Below, piece by piece: positions 58,796-64,000 of a stretch of 64,000 bases of DNA (its first letter is position 1; each line of letters begins with the position of its first letter). Source of the DNA: Clostridiales bacterium (GTDB lineage Bacteria; Bacillota; Clostridia; Oscillospirales; Oscillospiraceae); the NCBI GenBank assembly GCA_029008095.1, contig JAQXJB010000006.1, positions 3,135 to 67,134 of the forward strand. The letters run 5' to 3'. The notes below the pieces were generated by a model. The model saw only the letters and a list, made by a program, of their open reading frames with translations. It did not search any database and was not told the origin of the DNA. The position numbers and the translations under genes were made by a program.

Positions 58796-60168
58796 TTTTC
58801 TACTCCTTCTCCGTCTTTTTCTTTGAAGAGCATGGCTTTTTCCAGAAAACGTCCGGCCGCCTCCGGTTTGGAGGCAAAGTGGAAGTGGGGAAACCCGGCG
58901 TACAGGCTTTCCGTGGCAATACCGGCCTTCCAGTGCCGCGCCGACTGCGGCTTTCTGGCGGTAAAGCTCTGTCCCGGCTCCGTGCTGTCCCAATAATGAA
59001 ACTCATGAGCCGGCATCGTATCGCCTGCGTGAAACAGGAGACTGTCCGTTTCCGCAGTCAGCGTCACATACCCAAAGCGGCTGAGCTTTCCCGTGGGGAA
59101 CGCATCCGCATCCAGAACTCCGACCATTGGCCAGGGCATTCCGTCACCATCCCGCAGAGTCTTATGCAGGTACATGAAGCCGCCGCATTCGGCAATGGTG
59201 GGAAGTCCTTCGGATACCGCTCTGTAAATGGAGCAGCGCATAGCTTCGTTCTCCGCAAGCTGTCGGGCATATAGCTCCGGGTAGCCTCCTCCCAGATAGA
59301 GTCCATGCACGTTCTCCGGCAGCGCGCTGTCGGTCAGAGGAGAAAAATCCACAAGCTCCGCTCCCATATCCCTCAGGATTTGAAGCGAAGCCTCATAATA
59401 AAAGCAAAAGGCCTTATCCCGAGCAACGGCGATCCTCACCTTTTTCGCTTCAGACACCTTTGTAGGGAGCTTAGTCTCCAGCTCAGGCGCCTGCTGAGCC
59501 AGAGCCAGCAGGCCGTCCAGATCCAATGTCTTTTCCGCCTGCTCCGCCAGCCTGTCCAGCTTCTGCTGCAGATCGGATATTTCCGCAGCCGTCACCAGCC
59601 CCAGATGGCGGCTCTCAATGGAACAGTCCTCCATCACCGGCAGATAGCCCATCACCGGCAGGCCGGTTTCCCGGGAAATGGTCTCAGCCAAACGGGGATA
59701 CAGCATCGGGGACACACGGTTCAAAATAACACCGGCTATCCGGCTGGGCTGCCGGAAGCTTTGAAAGCCCTGAACCTCGGCTGCCGCGGAAATGGCTCTG
59801 CCCCTGCCGTCCACAACCAGCACTGCCGGAGTTTCCGTTGCCTCCGCAAGGGCGTAGGCAGAAGCATCCACGCTCATGGCAATGCCGTCGTAATAGCCCA
59901 TAGCGCCTTCCAGAATCGTCACATCCGCCTGACGGGAACATTCCTCAAGCAGATTTCTGGTCGTGGCGCGGGAAAAAAAGAACATATCCAGATTGCAGCT
60001 CCGGGTACCCAGAACCTGGCTGTGGAACATGGGGTCGATATAATCCGGCCCGGATTTGCAGGCCATCGGCATCAGTCCGCGCCTGAGCAGCGCGCGCAGC
60101 ACCGCGCAGGTCACCGTGGTCTTACCGCTGCCGGAGGCTGGGGCGCAGAACATGAGACGCGGCGTCAT
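58792..60168 (-). CDS. cbiA: cobyrinate a,c-diamide synthase
   Basis: Start at the ATG forming an ATGA overlap with the cbiET stop. Motifs ASGSGKTTVT and ECGGFMYL. Confidence 0.9.
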   Translation of the reverse strand: MTPRLMFCAPASGSGKTTVTCAVLRALLRRGLMPMACKSGPDYIDPMFHSQVLGTRSCNLDMFFFSRATTRNLLEECSRQADVTILEGAMGYYDGIAMSVDASAYALAEATETPAVLVVDGRGRAISAAAEVQGFQSFRQPSRIAGVILNRVSPMLYPRLAETISRETGLPVMGYLPVMEDCSIESRHLGLVTAAEISDLQQKLDRLAEQAEKTLDLDGLLALAQQAPELETKLPTKVSEAKKVRIAVARDKAFCFYYEASLQILRDMGAELVDFSPLTDSALPENVHGLYLGGGYPELYARQLAENEAMRCSIYRAVSEGLPTIAECGGFMYLHKTLRDGDGMPWPMVGVLDADAFPTGKLSRFGYVTLTAETDSLLFHAGDTMPAHEFHYWDSTEPGQSFTARKPQSARHWKAGIATESLYAGFPHFHFASKPEAAGRFLEKAMLFKEKDGEGVEK

Positions 60169-61367
60169 TGCCTTCCCTCCCCGGATATGATCCATACGGG
60201 ATTCTGCCCCATCATCATGTGGTACTGACCCAGAGTCTTTGCCTGTGCCGCCGATATCTGCGTCACGTCAACATTCGCCAGTTCAAACTGCTTCATGCAG
60301 TTCAGGGCATCGGTGAGGCTCTCCAAGCTGACCGCCGTAACGCATATCCGCGCCGCGGGATTCTTCTCAAGAACCACTTTGAATATCCCTGCCATTGAGC
60401 CGGAGGAGCCGCCTATGAACACGCAGTCCGGACGGGGCAGCTCATCCAGCGTTTCCGGCGCTTTGCCCTCTATCACCCGCAGATTCCACAGCCCAAGCGC
60501 TTCCCGGTTCTGACGTATCAGCTCCAGCGCCTCCGTTTCCTTCTCCACCGCCCATACCTGACCCTGCCAGGCCGCCATAGCGCAGGCGGCGGACACAGAG
60601 CCGGTACCGGCGCCAACGTCCCAAACCACACTGTCCGGCTTTACTTCCAGCCGGGCAACCGCCAGCAGGCGGATATTTTCCTTGGTCATAGGCGTCTTGC
60701 CCCGGATAAGCTGGTCATCCCAAAGGCAGGGCGCTCCCTGTTTCCAGCCGGTGGGTGCGGGATTTACTGCCAGAACCACTGACAAATCGTCAAATTTCTC
60801 ACCGGCCAGCTCCGCCGCCGTGCCAGAAACAATGCTCTCGTCAGGATATGACAGACGCTGACCCACGTGAATCTGCACCTGTCCCAGGCCGGCATCGGTT
60901 AGCTGGGCGCACAGCTCCGCCGCCGTGCAGTTGCTTCCGGTCAGCAGAAAGGTCTTGCCGTGGGATTGTATCTCGCCCACGGCGTTGGCTGTACGGCCAT
61001 GAACGGAAACCAGCCGCGCATCCTGCCAACTGGTATGAAGCCGGGCACAGAAATAGTTAAGGGAGGATATACCGGGGATGGTTTCCACCCGCAGACCATC
61101 CAGCATGTCATAGAGCCGGAAAGCTCCGCTGTAAAAGCCGGGGTCGCCGGAAAGCAGCACGGCGCTGTCGCCTTCATAGGCTTTTACAGCCTCCGCGATA
61201 TCCTCCGCACGGATCAGCGCAAGCTTACGCCCCGGATGCTCCGGAAATGCGTCCAGCATTCTCCGGGCGCCGATCAGCAGCCCGCATTCCCCAATACGCC
61301 GGGCAGCGCCCTGGGTCAGGGTGTCCGGGTTTCCCATGCCTATGCCAATGAGATAACAGGTTTTCAT
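60165..61367 (-). CDS. cobalt-precorrin-6B/7 methyltransferase CbiE-CbiT fusion
   Basis: Start at the ATG 6 nt after the GGAGG of repeat copy E (MKTCYLIGIGMGNPDTLT). C-terminal DVGAGTGSVS. Confidence 0.88.
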   Translation of the reverse strand: MKTCYLIGIGMGNPDTLTQGAARRIGECGLLIGARRMLDAFPEHPGRKLALIRAEDIAEAVKAYEGDSAVLLSGDPGFYSGAFRLYDMLDGLRVETIPGISSLNYFCARLHTSWQDARLVSVHGRTANAVGEIQSHGKTFLLTGSNCTAAELCAQLTDAGLGQVQIHVGQRLSYPDESIVSGTAAELAGEKFDDLSVVLAVNPAPTGWKQGAPCLWDDQLIRGKTPMTKENIRLLAVARLEVKPDSVVWDVGAGTGSVSAACAMAAWQGQVWAVEKETEALELIRQNREALGLWNLRVIEGKAPETLDELPRPDCVFIGGSSGSMAGIFKVVLEKNPAARICVTAVSLESLTDALNCMKQFELANVDVTQISAAQAKTLGQYHMMMGQNPVWIISGEGRQ

Positions 61368-61371
61368 TATA

Positions 61372-61504
61372 ATCCTCCATGCGGCAACACCGCACAAATA
61401 ATCTTTAAGAATCTCCCCCGCATGGAGGATTTTTGCCATCATCGCCGCTTACCCGAAGGGGCGAGGCGATGGGCTTTAAATAATATAGTGTGATTTTCAC
61501 ACGA
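61372..61504 (-). repeat. structured intergenic repeat, copy E (entire cbiJ-cbiET spacer)
   Basis: Full unit. The cbiJ TGA stop (61497-61499) lies within the GTGTGA arm of hairpin 3. Confidence 0.85.
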
Positions 61505-62243
61505 TATCCTCGGTGAGTTTTTTCAAAAGTGCTTCAAGCTCCAGACCCGTTTCCGTGGTGGGACGCCGAATTACCAGCAGCTTAGCGCCAACTGCCTGCG
61601 CCGCCTCCGCTTTTTCTCCGAAGCCTCCGGCACGTCCCGTGTCCTTTGTTACGAGAACGGCGCCGTCAATATCCTGAAGCGTCGCTATGTTCATCTGCTT
61701 TGAAAAGGGTCCCTGCATACATATAATGTGAGACGCAGGGTATCCCAACTCAAGAGCGCAGCTCAGGCTCTCCAGACTCGGCAGGACACGAACCCATATC
61801 CGCTTCTGGAAATCCGGTACTGAGGCAAAAACCGCAAGATCCTTGCTCCCGGTAGTCAGCAGAACATTGCCCGGCATATCCGCCAGCAGCTCCGCAGCCT
61901 CAGCCGAACTTTCCGCCGTTATCACATTTTCAGCGGCTTCGCTCGGTCTCAGCAGACGCTCATAGTGAAGTCCGGCGGTTTGCGCCGCTGCCCGAATATT
62001 CTCACTGACCAGAGCGGCATAGGGATGGGTGGCGTCCACCACGCAGTCATAGCCGCGGTCCATCTCCCGGATCATGGCATCCTTATCCATGCGCCCCGTG
62101 AGTACCGTGAGGCCACTTTGAGGTTCCAGCAGATCGCGTCCGTACTCCGTGGCAACACAGCAGGTCACTGAATGTCCCGCCTCTGCCAGCCGGCACGCCA
62201 GGGCATGTCCCTCCGTCGTGCCGCCGAACAAAAGCACCTTCAT
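61497..62243 (-). CDS. cbiJ: cobalt-precorrin-6A reductase
   Basis: 248 aa, MKVLLFGGTTEG... Confidence 0.85.
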   Translation of the reverse strand: MKVLLFGGTTEGHALACRLAEAGHSVTCCVATEYGRDLLEPQSGLTVLTGRMDKDAMIREMDRGYDCVVDATHPYAALVSENIRAAAQTAGLHYERLLRPSEAAENVITAESSAEAAELLADMPGNVLLTTGSKDLAVFASVPDFQKRIWVRVLPSLESLSCALELGYPASHIICMQGPFSKQMNIATLQDIDGAVLVTKDTGRAGGFGEKAEAAQAVGAKLLVIRRPTTETGLELEALLKKLTEDIV

Positions 62244-62971
62244 CGCTGCAGATACCCCCTGGGCGTAACCATATGGCCGCCGATCACCTGAGTCTGGGAG
62301 TTTCCGACAAACACGGTTGTAAACATATCGACCTGAGCCTCACGAAGTTCTTTCAGGCTCAGAATGGTGTAGCTCTCTCCCTCACGGCCTATCTGGCTTA
62401 CATAGCCGCAGATCGTCTGAGGGTCTTTCGTTTCCAGCAGGATATCGCAGGCCTTTTGCAGGTAATCCTTTCTCTTGTGGCTGGAGGGGTTATAGAGACA
62501 GAGGACAAAGTCCGCCTGAGCCGCTGCCCGAAGCCGAGCCTCTATCTTTTCCCATGGCGTCATCAGATCCGAAAGGGAAACAAGACAAAAATCGTGCATC
62601 AGCGGTGCGCCCAGCACGGAAGCGCCGCCGCAGGCCGCCGTGATGCCGGGGATAACCTCAAGCTCAACCTGGGGCCATTGGGTGGACAATTCATAGCACA
62701 GCCCCGCCATACCGTATACGCCGGGGTCGCCGGAGCAGACCATAGCCACGGTCTTGCCGGAGTCCGCCATTTCAAGCGCCATCTGGCAGCGCTCGGTCTC
62801 TTTTCTCATGGGTGTGGAAAGCAGCTCTTTATGGGAATAGGCCTGTCTGATAAGGTCTATGTATACGGTGTATCCGACGATCACGTCGGAAGCCTCCAGC
62901 GCCTCCGCCGCACGGCCGGTCAAGTCACGCCCACCGCCGGGGCCAAGTCCAATGATATACAGTTTCTTCAT
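62240..62971 (-). CDS. cbiH: cobalt-precorrin-3B C17-methyltransferase
   Basis: Start at the ATG 6 nt after the GGAGG of repeat copy F (MKKLYIIGLGPGG). Motif VCSGDPGVYGMA. Confidence 0.9.
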   Translation of the reverse strand: MKKLYIIGLGPGGGRDLTGRAAEALEASDVIVGYTVYIDLIRQAYSHKELLSTPMRKETERCQMALEMADSGKTVAMVCSGDPGVYGMAGLCYELSTQWPQVELEVIPGITAACGGASVLGAPLMHDFCLVSLSDLMTPWEKIEARLRAAAQADFVLCLYNPSSHKRKDYLQKACDILLETKDPQTICGYVSQIGREGESYTILSLKELREAQVDMFTTVFVGNSQTQVIGGHMVTPRGYLQR

Positions 62972-62975
62972 AAAA

Positions 62976-63110
62976 ATCCTCCATGCGGCAGAACCGCACC
63001 AAATATTCATTAAAAATCCCCCTGCATGGAGGATTTTTGCCATCATCGCCGGTTGCCCGAAGGGCGAGGCGATGGGCTTTTTAATAATATTGTGTGATTT
63101 TTCACACTAT
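62976..63110 (-). repeat. structured intergenic repeat, copy F
   Basis: Full unit between cbiG and cbiH. Confidence 0.85.
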
Positions 63111-63156
63111 CCTCCATGCGGCAGAACCGCACCAAATAGTTATCGAAAATCTCCCC
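63111..63156 (-). repeat. structured intergenic repeat, partial copy G (first 46 nt only)
   Basis: CCTCCATGCGGCAGAACCGCACCAAATAGTTATCGAAAATCTCCCC. Overlaps the last codons and stop of cbiG. Confidence 0.75.
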
Positions 63157-64000
63157 AATTCAGTTCCACCTGCCCCATAGCCGCGGCAAATGTCGCGCCC
63201 TGACAGACGGTCTTGGGGATAATGATATGTCCGCCTGCCCGCTGGGCGGCTCTCTGGCACACATTGTCTACGCCGGTGGTTCGCTCCACAAAGGGAGACG
63301 CCGGAAAATCTCCGGTTTCCGAAGCCAGCTCCCCGGCGGTAAAAAACGTGATAGGCCAGCCGTGGGCGTTCGCCAAAGCCAGCAGCCCCGGCTCATCCTG
63401 CTTAAGGTCAACGGAAGCAAGTCCGCGTACGGCCTTCTCCGGAATGGCATGTCCACTCAGGAACTCCTTCAGCGCAGCCTCCAGCCTCGCCTGCTCGGTT
63501 CCGCGCCGGCATCCGATACCCAGCGTAATCGCTCCCGGCACCAGATGCAGCGTCTGCGGGCAAAAGCTTTCCGCCGCGGTGGGGCCGATGCATATTCCTA
63601 TCTCGGCAGCCTCCGAGCAAAGTCCGGCAGGCATCTTTCCCGCAATGGGATACGCGGAGCGAACCGCCACCGGCCTGCCTTCCAGCAGCGCCGCCGATAC
63701 GGCTTTGGCCTGAGCCCGCTCGCACAGCACCAGTCCCTGCTCCTTTGCCCACTGGTCTACGGCAAACATGCCGTTTACGTCCGTGGCCGTGGATACCACC
63801 GCCCGTCCGCCGGTGAGCGCCGCGACACGGCGCGCCAGATCGTTGGCTCCGCCCACATGCCCTGAGAGCAGAGGAACGGCAAACTCTCCCGCCTCATCCA
63901 CGGAGATGACAGCGGGATCGGTAAATTTATCCTTCACAAAGGGAGCAATCGAACGAACGGCAATTCCCGAAGCGGAAATAAACACCAGCGCCCGGCTGTC
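63140..64000 (-). CDS. cbiG: cobalt-precorrin-5A hydrolase CbiG (5' end beyond the window)
   Basis: The frame stays open to position 64000 (...DSRALVFISASGIAVRSIAPFVKDKFTDPAV). Motif LLSGHVGGANDLAR. Confidence 0.85.
   Translation of the reverse strand, partial: DSRALVFISASGIAVRSIAPFVKDKFTDPAVISVDEAGEFAVPLLSGHVGGANDLARRVAALTGGRAVVSTATDVNGMFAVDQWAKEQGLVLCERAQAKAVSAALLEGRPVAVRSAYPIAGKMPAGLCSEAAEIGICIGPTAAESFCPQTLHLVPGAITLGIGCRRGTEQARLEAALKEFLSGHAIPEKAVRGLASVDLKQDEPGLLALANAHGWPITFFTAGELASETGDFPASPFVERTTGVDNVCQRAAQRAGGHIIIPKTVCQGATFAAAMGQVELNWGDFR

Noticed and set aside
61368-61442. 25-aa N-terminal extension MMAKILHAGEILKDYLCGVAAWRII on CbiET. There is a similar one on CbiH (62972-63046), and an extension MRRKIYNDYLCGAAAWRIN on the membrane protein (10721-10777).
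   Set aside because: The extensions are translations of the structured repeat. The reading frame is not conserved between copies: copy B hits a TAA after 12 codons in the MMAKILHA frame, and copy A terminates at a TAA overlapping the gene ATG in a different frame. Indels shift the frame as well. Each gene also has a GGAGG-6 nt-ATG start downstream, and orthologous proteins begin at those ATGs. The sequence is therefore non-coding.
47141-64000. Cobalamin riboswitch (B12 box) controlling the hem/cbi operon.
   Set aside because: The only sizeable non-coding stretches inside the operon are the repeat copies, and these lack a B12-box-like sequence. The operon 5' end lies beyond position 64000, so a riboswitch may exist outside the window.

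Overview
This 64-kb window comes from a moderately high-GC, spore-forming Clostridia-type Firmicute. The markers are spo0A, CIRCE-groESL, a trimeric HydABC [FeFe]-hydrogenase and the anaerobic cbi pathway. I call about 56 CDS.

Left to right:
- Core genes: asnA, prmA, a THUMP RNA methyltransferase, a lipid kinase and groESL.
- An accessory-looking stretch (7.9-14.7 kb): two paralogous Old-Yellow-Enzyme/enoate-reductase flavoproteins plus small, membrane and lipoprotein genes.
- A radical-SAM/TIGR03915 DNA-metabolism pair, then spo0A.
- An acyl-CoA synthetase with an XRE-cupin regulator, and a four-subunit 2-oxoacid:ferredoxin oxidoreductase operon headed by a P-loop NTPase.
- hydCBA.
- URO-D-family, DUF3786, yigZ and hflX genes, an SLH protein and an SDR.
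- A three-gene molybdenum-hydroxylase operon, then a CoA-transferase, a MATE pump, rlmA and a bicupin.
- A hem/cbi cobalamin operon of at least 17 kb (hemL to cbiG) that runs off the right edge.

Most notable observations:
1. A structured repeat of about 134 bp occurs in 7 copies, all in the same orientation. Five copies place GGAGG exactly 6 nt before a start codon inside an 11-13 bp SD-sequestering helix. Compensatory changes between copies support a conserved structure. Two copies fill the only non-overlapping gene junctions of the cbi operon.
2. The Mo-hydroxylase is atypical. Its [2Fe-2S] subunit carries a textbook C2H2 zinc finger. Its FAD subunit is interrupted by a GltD-like NAD(P)H module that looks circularly permuted.

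No rRNA, tRNA, CRISPR array, transposase or recognisable defence genes were seen. All family assignments come from motif recognition by eye; no searches were run.
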